From positions 310,001 to 374,000 of the forward strand of contig NOWV01000015.1 in NCBI GenBank assembly GCA_003344405.1: a DNA stretch of 64,000 nucleotides. The letters run 5' to 3'. Under the pieces are notes generated by a model, which was not told where the DNA came from, ran no database searches, and saw only the letters and a program-made list of their open reading frames with translations. Below, in pieces: positions 26,301 to 38,965 of the stretch. Positions within the stretch are counted from its first letter, which is position 1. Each line of letters starts with the position of its first letter. Source of the stretch: Trichoplax sp. H2 (lineage: Eukaryota). Made by a program: the position numbers and the translations under genes.

Positions 26301-29300
26301 ATATCAGATAACATATTTACCGAAAGAACGTGCTAAGCTATAATTCAACATAACAAAATATTACTTTAAATAGGCATCAATTAATTTTCCTTGTCCATGA
26401 GTTACATATATGAAAGTATATTTAGGCGAATATAAAATGCGCTCATCGGTGTAACAACAAGTGTGAAAGTTATATGAATAAATTAAATGCTCATGATAGT
26501 ACATAAATGTTTAATTTACTATCATACGTTTAACTTCCTTGGCTGCTTCAGGATAAAATTGGATAGTTTAATACTAGAAAGTATTGCAAAAGTATACAAT
26601 TCTAACTACTAACCCAAAATTGTAATGGAATTTTTAGGACAACGAAAATTACAAAATCTTACTTTCATTACTCCATCAACATGAATACTATTTAGATTTA
26701 GAATCCAAGGACTTGGTTCAGTTTTTACTCATAATCGCATTTAACAACGACAGTACGTGGATTACTAACATGGCAACTACTCTAGCCAGTCAATGTTCTG
26801 AAAGCGGCAAATATTGGATGATAGCAGGGTAAGCAAAAGCTAATAATGGCTGATTTAAATAGCATCGTAATCATCAATAATATGATAGATGATTGAAATA
26901 CTAGCTAAAATTAGCCATGATCAGATTGATACACTGTATAGAAAAGCTTTATGGAGGCAACTTAAAGGAAATTAGCCCCTATTCTGGCAGTTTACTAACT
27001 CAAATTCTTCGTCATACCAGCCACAATCCGGTATTAGTTCATTAGATAAATCGATTGCTCCTCATCACACAGGTCTTTCTAGAAGGACTTTGTAGAATAG
27101 TCCATACTTACAAAGCGCATGACGACTTCACTTAATTAAAATCACTATAAATGCATAACATATAGACTACATTAATTCGTACAAGCGAAACACCAACTGT
27201 GAAAACCAATATAGCATGTTATGTATTCAGAGAATTGAAGCAATTATGTCAAGCAAAACTAAGCAATTAATTATTTCAGTACGTAGCACTACCAAAAGAC
27301 AAAAGACAGAAATCATGATAAATCAGTGCAGCGTAAATATTTTATCTACCACACAAAACAGAATACAACGTTGTCATATAATTACGATGTAAAATAATTA
27401 GATTACAATCACAAGATATACAAATCATAGTAATGCCAAAATAAGCAGACAAAGAATAGAATCAAAAGCTTCATACTTAAACATTATACGCGCAATGGAT
27501 TATATTAGCAAAACGTAATTCAGCAAGTGATAATGCAGTAATATTCTATAATTCTACAGTATACCATAGTTGCAGTATACAAAATCCTAGCATTATAGCG
27601 ACATTTGTGCATCAAAATAGCACGTTATCCACTACAGTAGGCTACATAGCATATACCATCTCAGCCTAGGATAGTAATAAATGATTATAAATAACGACAT
27701 GAGGATAGAAAGTCCTACTAAAACTGAACTTAATAGCGTAAGTTTCTATATTAAAGCAGAAGACTATAGAAAGTGTCTGTTTTTGACAAATAAAAGAAAA
27801 ACTATCACTGATACAATATCACTATATTGCATATCAGTCGTTACTGTTGTGTTACTGTAAAAGAAATCGAATAAAAATTTAAAAATGAGATCATCATGAC
27901 CTACAGTAATAGAGTAACTATAATACTGTAGATAGTATATGCAAAAGAATAGATCAAAATATGAAAATTTTACCATAGTATGTAACAAACAGAACTAATT
28001 AGAGAGGTTATTATGGAATTGCTTTCATACAGCATAAAAGTATAGCAAGAATGAGCTAGCTATAAGCAAGAAAAAGTAATCAAAATACTTTCACTTCCAT
28101 GTTGAATATTTCAAATTAAACAAATCAGAATATCAATGTGGTACTGTTGATTCCTGAATTGTAATTAAATAATGATACGGTAATAACCAAAACTTGCAGT
28201 TATAATGTCGATAGAGTGCACGCTAGTTTTTCTCTTTTAATACTCGCAACACTATTTACAAGTTGTGTTGGAGGTAATCATATCTACTACCTCTTTAATA
28301 GACAATACCGTGCTTAAGCAGGAAATGATAGCAAAACTCTATATTCTTGTAATGTCTAGTACAATTAGCTATGATTATTACAATTCTAGATATAATCAAA
28401 GCAGAAAATTTTTAATAGAGCTATAAATCATAACGTCTTGTAGTAACCTGTTGTCACAAATTCAGCTTTATGATCGTCTAAACTTCGCTACCAGCCACTT
28501 CAGGACTCCTACTAACTAAGGAGAAATACTGTGAGTTTGACTAACTACAGACTCACAAGTACTATGAGTGGCTGGAAGGTTGTTTAGCTTTATGAGTTTT
28601 ATTCCAAGAGTACCCGAAAAGTATAGACCTTATTGTACAACAAAGAAATAGCAACTACGCGATGTAGTATCTGCTCGGCCTTATATACGATCCCCACACG
28701 TAGGTGGTCCAATATAGAGAAACAAGTTTTATATCATTTACTTGCATTGATATGAGAAATAAGACATAAATCATAATATGACTCAGTATATAGTCCAGTT
28801 ATAAACAACATTAATTATTCGTAACATCTCAAACTGGAGTAAATAAACAATACTAGTACAAACTCACGTCGCTTTGCTGACGGTTTACCGTAATGTATCC
28901 ATTTGTTAATAATTAACATATAGTATTACCATTCGACATTATATATATCCCGGTAATAGCCAGGCACTACTATATTCACAGCTATGCTTGTAGAATACTA
29001 CTTTTCAATAATGCATTGACGGATGAAACGCTATATTAAGATTAGTTAATGGTCCAAAGTACATGATAACTAATGTACGGTGATGGCCATACCAAGTTAA
29101 GATTAGCAGGTACTGTAAGATATCTACAGTGCGGTACAATGTCCTTAGCACTGTGATCAATTCTATACCAATCATTATAATGTGTTTAAAGAACGCTTGG
29201 GTATGCAAGCAAAGCTTGCTCTGTCGATAAGTGCTGTTATAAGAAAATGCAACAATCAAAACGGCTGTGTAGGAAACTCTATAAAGATTCTATGTTTATT

Positions 29301-32300
29301 CAATTTTCATTAGAGTATTACTTCAAATCAAAATTGAAAGGTCCAGTGGCCACCCTTAGCGATATAAGGAATACCATTTTTAAAAATCAGTACTCTGCAG
29401 AAATTACTACCTTAGAGCTATTCGTTTTACATGAAGAAATCTGGAGCTAAAAGGTCCTGTAAGAATCTTATACTGATCTATTGAAATGAACCCATAATCA
29501 GAATCATCTAACAGTAGTATAAATACCCCCGCGCTGCTCGTTTCAAGGGAGGGTGGGATTGGTGCTAAGTTAAAACTAGCAGTGAACATCATCATCGTAA
29601 ACGCAATTAATTCAGATTTCCATTAACATCTAATGTAATAAACAATTTTAGGAGGATGGAAAACTAATCCACAAAAATATAAACAGTTTTGGGAGAACAA
29701 CAAACTAACCTACAAAAGTAAGATGACAGCATCGCAACACCTGTTTATCTAACAAAAATTCTTGACATTAACTTCATTACTAAACCTTGATGCCTTGATT
29801 ACTGAGTTACTAATAACGAGTTATTTGTGAAAATGTCCACGTAAGAAATTAAGCTTAACAGTAGTAAGAGTGAAGATGGCGGTACGAAACCTGAGGGGAT
29901 TAGTGGTGTCAAAGATTTTACTTATTGGCGTTGGATAGGCAAAAGTCGGTAATTTAGAGACGATAAATGAAACCCAAAGTGGGAATATAAGAAAAATTAA
30001 GTAATGAACGATTTTAATGCGCCGCAATAGTGAGACGATTTACTAAGTAACTACCTCAGTATAGGGATAAAAATAGTACTTATAACGATTCTGGATGAAA
30101 CTAAAGGCAAATGTGTTAATATCAACTAGACATACAAGGGAAGAAACAGTTACGTCTAACTGGATGGAATCCAAGACAATAGGCACGAGTCAATCCGATA
30201 CTATACCTCGCTATTGCGTCAGAGAAGATGGCTTGAGTATTATTAATGCACGAAAGATTACAGATGCAAAATTTGCCATCAAGGTAGGTCTTTTAAGCTC
30301 TTAAGAGGTAATAATTCATAAATATTCCTTACGTTATTTTCATAGGTATAATATTTCCAGCTATAGGTGTTGAATAATCTTCTTTCTATAAAATATCATC
30401 AATCATTCAGATACAAGACTATGATACTGGAGAAATTAAATTTGACCTGCCAGTCTCCAAAAGAAATATTAAAGAAGTTAAAATTTCAGCAGATGGAAAT
30501 TGGCTTGCTTTCTTAATGCACATATCTCAGACTGCAAAAGGATCTATGCTTTTGGTGTTATGACATTACAACTTAAATCTGAACATATAAGCAAAACGCC
30601 AAAATACACTATATGGGAATTACCGAGACTATTAAAGCCACTAGTTTTCAATATATTACAATGACTTTCCAGTATTGTCTCTGTGCTAGTGACATATGAG
30701 AACTCGATTTCTCAGCTATACTCTGTAGACAACTGATTAATGGCTACATATTTTCTTCACGCTACGACCCCTGAACGCTTCTTAAGCAATTAATACTTTT
30801 ATTTTATGACCACACTGGCTTAAATAGACTTCTACAGTGAATTCCAGTGTCAATTAGCGTGAATACTTATTTTGCAATATTTTTCAAGTTATACTAATAG
30901 ATATCTAAAATTACTAAATAGATAGGAGTATGTCGATATTAAGGAACTTAGGGCGTTGAAATGCTTTTCCTCCGTCCATATACGGTTCGATTATATTACA
31001 TAGACTAGTATGCCCTTCAATCTACAGTACAGTAAATTAACTCGTAACAATTTGTATTTTATATCATAATTCTACTAATAAAGCATTAACTACAAGCCTA
31101 GCTAAATTAAGTATGGCATATAACCTTGCTTAGACTGCTCTAAGGCATTCATTATTCATCAATTAATGATTACTTAACTAGTAACGTACTACCTTAATAG
31201 CAACATAAAATTATTTGCGTGATATACATGAAATGATATTAGCCATCAATAGTTTGTAAGAATTTACCTGCTTTATTCATATAATGCATTAACAAGAGGT
31301 AAAAGGACTGTTTTTTTAGTAGATTTGTCACTTAAGTGACTTCAGAAATTCGAGACTTGCATTATGACATGTGCATTTATATTGTGACTGTTTGAGATTT
31401 CAGAATGGCATGCCTGGCAGAAAAAAACTCTGAATTAATTCAATAGCCAATGAATTAGAGATATAAATACCATGATTAATTATTATAACATCAATTTACT
31501 ACGATTATACAATTATGCTCGCCATCAAAATCGTCAATTTCAATTACTATATAATTATGAAGACTGTTATCTGTCTAAACTTGAAAAAATTAAAAACTTT
31601 ATTACGAGCCTACTTTCAGATCTTTCCTTCTCGATGTAACCCTACTGACTACGACTCAAAGTGCCGACGATTTGAGATTGTCAATATGTCAAAGCAATTA
31701 TACGTCTACTCACAATATTGTAGAGCGAAGTCAAATTGTAGTCATAAAAATAGCTAGTATATATCGTAGATGATCCATTTAGCGAATTCAAATTTTGAGA
31801 ATAAAAACAGCAATATTACTCGCATCTGATACATTTGGCATAAATGTAAACGGACAAGTTTAGACACGATTTATTTGAGATCTTGTGATTATGTTAGAAA
31901 TATAGACATTAAAATCTACTAATTATAAATGGATGCAATCTGTTGCAATCTGTTGTGTTCAAATAAATACTAGGAATATTGAGATAAATATCGTAGCTAT
32001 ATAAAAAAGGCTGAAGAGATATTAAGAACAAACAGAACTTTGCAAAGAGCAACAATCACTTCCAAAATTTTATTTAAAACTAGAGAAAAATACTGCTTTA
32101 TTTTGACTTAAACAAATTAGAAATTCGTGTAATGATTCCGGTTAATTGCAGTTGCGAGTAATAGGAGACTACTACGCAGTCATTGCAATTCACTTAAAAG
32201 AATTACGATATAGGCAGAATTACTGCTTCAACCAACGAAACTACTGAAAAGTTACTCACAGCACCTTGAGCTTTTTATTATTTGCTGGCTGGAACTAAAC

Positions 32301-35300
32301 TTGAACTACTTTCTACTGAACTATGGCACCTTTATATGCTACACAAAGTAGTTAGTGGTATCAGACTATCAAATTACTATTCTATTCGTAAAGTATTTTA
32401 AATAAAACTATCAATTAAACACATATGATCAGATAAATTGTACTTTAGATTTCCGAATACTACTAAATTAATAACAACCATAATTGTTACTACCATTTAA
32501 ACCTTTCGACGGTCTATAATATTATATAACTATATAAAAATACCAAGACAGATCAAAAGTTACAAATTAGAAGCTAGATCAAAATGTCTGAGTTTATATG
32601 TTATACTCGATAGCCAAGTAATATTATTTCTATTTTGTTTCATAATCAAAATAAGCTATAAGCTTTTATCATAGTTATAGCATAAGTTATATGCGACTAA
32701 ACGTATCATAGAAGTTACGTTCTAACATCGTATAATTTTTAACACAGTTATGCTACAGAATATTCCTAAGCTCTAACCCGAATTAAAAAGTCAGATTTAA
32801 TATACTACGACACTAAGAAAAACCAACTGTAGTTAAACCATTTTAAGTTTATCTTTTAAAGCTACAATACTTATTATAATACAAAACTTGATAAAGGATT
32901 TTAAAATTAATCTTCATTACAAAAGTTGATAAAAACTAGCCACTTATTTATACAATTCTAAATTCTAATTAATCTATGCAGATACTTAAACTATTATTAC
33001 ATTCAAAAAGGTACATACATGGGAGGTCTATGACAAAAATGGCATGAAGCATCTGCAATTTCAATTTATTCCTTCCAAAAGTCAGCCCATGGTAGCGCAA
33101 TTAATTACTGTGGATGGCAGAAAAGATCCCATAGTAAGAAATACAATTTTCTGGTGTTTATTTTAATCAATCAGCGATAAGTTTAGATTACTTAATATCC
33201 GTAGCATTGACTTACATGCTTGAGAAGAATTGCAAATTAATTTTAATTAACAATATTTTTATGGACATGTGGAGGTCTGCTAATCGAAGAATTCCTTTAT
33301 TAATTAAATAGCTTTGGAAAATTCATGACTCGCAAATAGAATTCCGGCAGGAACTTAAGTTGCGTTCAATGTGGATAGAACGTATTAAATTTGTATTCAA
33401 ACCCAAAAGGAATGCCTATCGACCCTTACTTTGGGGCGAAGATATCATTGAAAATTTCCAGACTGATGACCAAAACAAGAAACACAACCATGAGTGCATT
33501 CCAAAATGCCGGATCATATTAGGAAATATATCAAAGAATCGCTCAACAAATGAGGCAGATCTACAGTCAAGTTTAGCAAATTCCACAAGATTAATATTGC
33601 CATTGCACTTCCCTCGTAAAGGTAGTAAAAACACGACAGCATTCATAACCCTGTTACAGTTATTAATCATGTAGAGTCTCGGACCGAGATTGCAAACTAT
33701 TGAATATACATCTCAGTACTTTTATTAGCTAGATCTTGAGTCATATAACAATATTTCCATACTAATATAATCTATTATCAAAATCACAGCAGGACTTGAC
33801 ACAAATACTGAAGCAGGCGAGCGATTACGAAGTATCGACTATATTTATAAGAAGAAACTGATTGTCGTAAGATATAAGAAAGCGCTAGGATATCTACCAA
33901 TTAAGCACCAATCTGGCGAACCAATGGACTTAACGGAAAAATATACAGACCAATTTAAATTAGTCTTCTTTAGTGAAGATAACATTGCAAGCATTGCTAT
34001 CTCAGCAGATCAACAATTTATAGCAGTATTAATGTACTGGAAGATTGTTGTAAGTTTTATCAGCGATTTCGATAGATTACATTATATGTATACCTATCTA
34101 CTCACCTTAGGTTCTTAATACTTGAACTTGTTCAAGTTATACAGCTCATGTTTGGACAACTTCTTTGCTTCGAATAGATAATTAAGCTCCAAAATGATAG
34201 CATTTGCTACTATGAAACCATCTATTGCGTAGAAAAAATTCACGATATCACATTCGTACCTGGCATGAGCGGCCTATTTGCTTATGACAAAGTTTCTAAG
34301 CAACGTCTATATCGATTTACTATAAATGGTAATGATGTATATTGATCGCAATCTTTCATCAATAAACAAACTAATCCATTTCATATTGTAATCTATAACT
34401 AGACAATGATGCTCAAATGCAAGAAGCCAAACTACCTGTCTTTGATCTGGAATCGGAAAAATTCATCAGAACTGATCACATCATCATCGATACCAGCCAT
34501 GTGTTTAGTGACAATGTCCCAGTGGCACTACAATTAATTAAATATCAAAAGGAAAAATGTTGCTATTTAAAGGTTGTTTACTAAATAATTTGAAAATAAT
34601 AGACAAATATCATTGTCATATCAAATATTTAAATGAATATAAATTCTTAAACATAAACTATGCAGATAATCTTATTGCTTCGCTTTAAATAATAAATTAG
34701 TCCATTTATTTTTGACTCAAGTTATTCCAAGGAGAAAATTTAGAGCAAACGCTAATGGGCAAACTTCAGCAGAATTATAATCGCTGTTTTTTACACGAAA
34801 ATTATAAGTCAATTATCTTATTTCGAAATGATCTGTGCAAATCAGCCGATTGTTTAAATGAATTTAGACTCGAATCAGGATTAGGAACAGAACACTGGCA
34901 TATTACCCTAGCTAAAATTTCAAATGTAAGTGAAGAATAGAGTACAGCAGTCATAAATGGAAACTAGCTGTCCAAAGCTATTTTACTTCAGCCTGGCAAA
35001 GCGAGGTTTCATATTTGCAGATTATGCACTAAATAAGAAAATTACTAAGGTACACGAAAAGGCAACTTTGCTTAATTTTTGAATTGAATATCCATCTTGT
35101 TCGATATGATTCCATGTAGTACCGCTACCTTAACAAAATCTCCAACAATCAAGCAGACGAAAGGTTTATCAATTACTCTATGGCTTATGGCATAAACCCT
35201 AGCGATTATAATATACCTACACCTTATCAAATAGAAGATACTGAATTCAATGTACTGGCATCTAGATACAGAGAAAGCGATGATACAATCATTTTCATAA

Positions 35301-36561
35301 TAGAAATTAAGGTATTATTAATATTGATATTTCTCATCTTAACAGTTCTGTAGATATTTAATATTTCCCCATTCCTTCCATACGATAATCGTTGTATACT
35401 AACCTCATTTTTTATTATTTTATTTCTCCTGTATTTAGTATATACAAAGGAATCATAGACTGATCATATTTACAGCTAATTGCCAAGACGAAACTAGTTC
35501 CATCTATTCTGATACCAAAGAAGCAAAGTACGAAAATATCCAGATCGTTTATTTCGATGACAATTGCTTAATTACTCATCAGCATATCCAAGATAGTCAA
35601 AATACTTCACAAAGCACCATTGATGTAAGTATTATTTTAATAAACTAAAATCTGCAATATGTCATACATCCTATTGAAAAAAATTTAGATACTGCAAACA
35701 TCAATTCTACGTGTATACCCCCAATATTGAAATGCCACTTATCTTTACTTTTGATTATTCAAGATATACAAGCTAAATCAAACAAATGACAATGAGAAAC
35801 TATATAAATCTCACAAATATCAACGAGAAGATATAGGTGTCATCAGCAAACTAGTTATACATGGAAATGAACTGTCCGATGAAATTGATGTCGATTTTTC
35901 GCCTTTTAAGGACGATCATGATATTTTAACAATAGATTTTGACCTTGAAGGCAACATCGATGATATTGTAAGTCCATTAATGTGTACGGAGCTTTAAAAC
36001 TTTTTTAAATATATCTAAGAAATTACCGCAATCTAGCTTTTAAATGGATGTGTTAAACCATTTTTTCAATTAGCTTCAACAGCAATTTGAAAAGGAATAT
36101 TCTCTTACTCACTGCACAGAATATTTCATCATCCAAAAAGAAAACGATATTCTGGTAAGGAATCATGTTCTTATAGCTATTCTTGTCTCAAATTTGGATC
36201 AATCACTCATCAGACGTATTACCGGTGTTAACTTTTCCAGGTTTTAGCTGTAGCCAACAACATGACTAAAATTTTAACATACTGCTGTAGCAATGGGAAA
36301 CACTATAATTTCGAATTTGTTCTGGATCTTAAAAAGATTAGCAACTTATGGTCTAGTCAGCGTTTAGCATTTATCAAAGATAAGAGTCAAATTCATATTT
36401 ACGATAAATGCAAAATACAGTTATTGCAAGTTATACAATCACCTATTAATGATGAATATAGCGAAATATTAGGCAACGAGAATCAATCATCGTTCATTTG
36501 TCGAACTAATGATCGTGAATACATTGTTTATAAAGCAATAGAGACGGTAAATCAAAGCTGA
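17349..36561 (+). CDS. Gene B: Apaf-1-like STAND ATPase with module X (no CARD) + NB-ARC + HD2 + divergent WD40-like beta-propeller
   Basis: Phase-consistent exons: 17349-17944 and 19363-20192 (X); 20746-20973 (Walker A GSPGIGKT); 23710-23832; 23987-24135 (Walker B LFVFDDIW, sensor ATSR); 24309-24745 (GGLPLAI); 25742-26078 (LHN at the LHD/MHD position); 26638-26828; then propeller exons 30130-30283, 30411-~30554 (VKISADGNWLAF), 33011-33133, 33312-33621, ~33793-34049 (IAISADQQFIAV), 34178-34328, 34403-34572, 34722-34925, 35120-35311, 35439-35624, 35764-35967, 36074-36154 and 36241-36561. The link across the gap at 21414-21433 is unproven, so this may be two tandem copies. Confidence 0.8.
21414..21433. 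other. Assembly gap (20 N, true size unknown)
   Basis: Run of 20 n characters. Confidence 0.99.
21434..23123 (+). repeat. Diverged duplicate of the last two exons and ~1.2 kb of 3' flank of gene B (matches 36081-37772)
   Basis: Colinear with scattered substitutions. The exons 21434-21507 (partial) and 21594-21914 are open (MTKILTYCYSKEKH... versus MTKILTYCCSNGKH...). Similarity stops sharply after ...ttttaatactaag in both copies. Confidence 0.92.
28853..29558 (-). mobile_element. Non-autonomous Helitron-like element, copy 2, in intron 8 of gene B
   Basis: The minus strand ends ...CGTCAGC-AAA-GCGACG-TGAGTTTGTA-CTAG|T, a GC-rich hairpin 10 nt before CTAG followed by host T, which is the canonical Helitron 3' signature. 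The other end of the shared block reads A|TCCCACCC, a candidate 5' TC after host A. No target-site duplication or TIRs seen. Confidence 0.7.
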
Positions 36562-38965
36562 TGAAATTTCCTGTCCATAATAATGTTAGAATACAAAATA
36601 CGCTGACTTTTTTAGTATTTTATCCAGGCAGTTTTATATCTCGCAGCTATACATTGCATTATTTTTTTTTAATCACTCAGCAAGAAATTGCTGATATTAA
36701 ATTTCAGCTATTTTATAACGGCATATTTTCGGAGATAATGTGATACCTTAACAATATTTCGCTGGCCTTATTGATTTATTTTATGTAGCTGAACTTACAG
36801 CAAAAGAATTTGCACGTTGTGATATTTTATAGATTGATAGTTTATTCTAGAAAAATGGGTATGCTAACAATAGCGTAATAACAAATGCGCTGCCAGCCAG
36901 ATTTATTGCGGCAGGTAAATTTGTTTTTCATAATATTCATCAATTGATATTTTTATGTAAGGAAAAGCGTGTATTATCGATAGCCTAATGACAAATGCGC
37001 TTCCAACCAGATTTGTAACTACCTCACCCAAATTTTACTCGTAAGAGCAGAAATTAGTAAGGAATTATCATTTTTATCCAATTATATTATATTTCTTGTA
37101 GCTATACTGAGTAAATACATACGCAACTTTAAATAGGAGCCACAATGACGATATCATTAGATAGGCTTACATTAAATTCGCTATCCATTCTTTATCTATC
37201 TTACTCTACCTATTGGTATAGATAACTGCATATTTTGATAATGTTATCTAATTATTTTGATTTATTTTTACGTAAACGCTTATACATTAGCTGATTTTCT
37301 AATAAAATTACGATTTTTTATGCTTTAGTCTGACAAGAGAACTGTGTTACATTTATTACGAATTTCTAATGACAGGTAAATATTAGTGCTTAAAGTCCTA
37401 TCATAGGTTAATTGTGAGGTGGATAGGCCTGAATGTGGGTTCATGAAAGTTAAATGATCGTTTTAAATTCAGTTTGTAATAAGAAAGAACAAAATTAATT
37501 GCCGTAAAACCTCTGAACATAAGAGTAACAATTATTTCTATCTATAACAGTGATTATAAATAAAATCACTTGTTTGAAACAACCCTGGTATTTGGCTATC
37601 AATTTAGTAAAGGCAATAGACAAAAGAAACAAAATCATTCACTTTGAATCCCATTCATTTAATGATTTTTTCCCTTCGCTAATCTTATGATCACTCCTTT
37701 GATGAGAGACTACCCTTGTTCCTCCGCTTTCAACAAAGCATCTAGTCATAAAAATTAAATTTTAATACTAAGATATCCAAGGAAGCAGCATACAATTTAT
37801 TATATGGCAATCTTTTAAACATTGAACTCTAAAATGTCAATTACTGGAAATTTCAATTAAATGACGTAACTTTAAATTAAAGAGTAGTCAGATAGATGTC
37901 AGCAAATATTATAACAATAAAAGCTAGTCAATTTTAGCTATTACTTGAAAACTTGCGTTACATTCTTATTAACCGCTCTTCAATTTAATAACACTACTGA
38001 TAGGTAGAAGAATAGATTAATTTACTTATTACAACGCATTAATGAATTCTATCTAATCATATAACACAATTAATTAACTCAAAATGATGTTCTAAATTTT
38101 TGTAACATGGCAACATATATGAGTATACTAAAATTTATAGCACTAATACGGAGGATAGAATATACCAATCTCAGAACCTAAGAAATTAAAATGGATTTAC
38201 AAGCTAAAGGTTGTATTCCTTAGCATAGAATAAGTATGCCTTTAATAATTAGTAAATTTTACTTTTATATAGAATAAGATCATACCATTCAACTGCAGGG
38301 ACTTCAAATGAGGACATAAATTTAAGGAATGTCATAGAATGCTTTCACTATCAGAGAATTCATTGAACTAACAAGATACAGTAATTGAAGAAATTTGAAG
38401 CGAATATAGATAATACAGCTAGATATACTAATAGCATACCAGGAACAATGAGACCCGAAAGAGCATGGAATTGCGTATTTACTCTAAGTGCATTTGCTTT
38501 ATGTTAATTTATATGGATGAAATGTTAAAGCAAACATTTCTAAAGAGAAACAGTGAACAGTTTGTGGTTTACATGAATAGTATCTACCTGGAAACAGGGA
38601 TTATAAAGCTTCTCTACAATACTTACGCATTAATTTAATAGAGCTATGCAACAGTAAGTAAGGCTATTAATAATTACTAGGATTAAGTCTAACAGGTAAA
38701 AACTACAGTTAAACATAAGGATGAAGAAATCATTCAATCTTCTCAACCGAATTAGCCGTGCCAAAAATTATTACTGCATAATCTATTTTATTATCAGATG
38801 TCACATTTATTTTATGGTCAAATCGACTTTTCCATTTACTTTCTATTGTTAAATTCCACTTGCGGTTAAAGACTGCTACTCGTACTTTGATGTTACTCAA
38901 CGAAGTTTCTTTTTTATTCCAAAATGCCAAAGGTATCATTTCTACCATCAGTAGAGTGCTACTGA

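Noticed and set aside
29005-29595. Three short ORFs in the repeat element
   Set aside because: No Rep, helicase or transposase motifs, and the frames are not kept as ORFs in the other copy at 7778-8729.
17349-36561. Prokaryotic antiviral STAND (Avs) or other bacterial defence operon
   Set aside because: The coding segments are separated by phase-consistent GT-AG spliceosomal introns, and the neighbours (spliced LHPP, family-B GPCR, CARD, death domain) are animal-type genes.
38730-38948. 72-aa ORF as the GPCR C-terminal tail
   Set aside because: The spliced reading frame stops at 38968-38966, so this ORF falls in the 3' UTR unless there is a sequence error.
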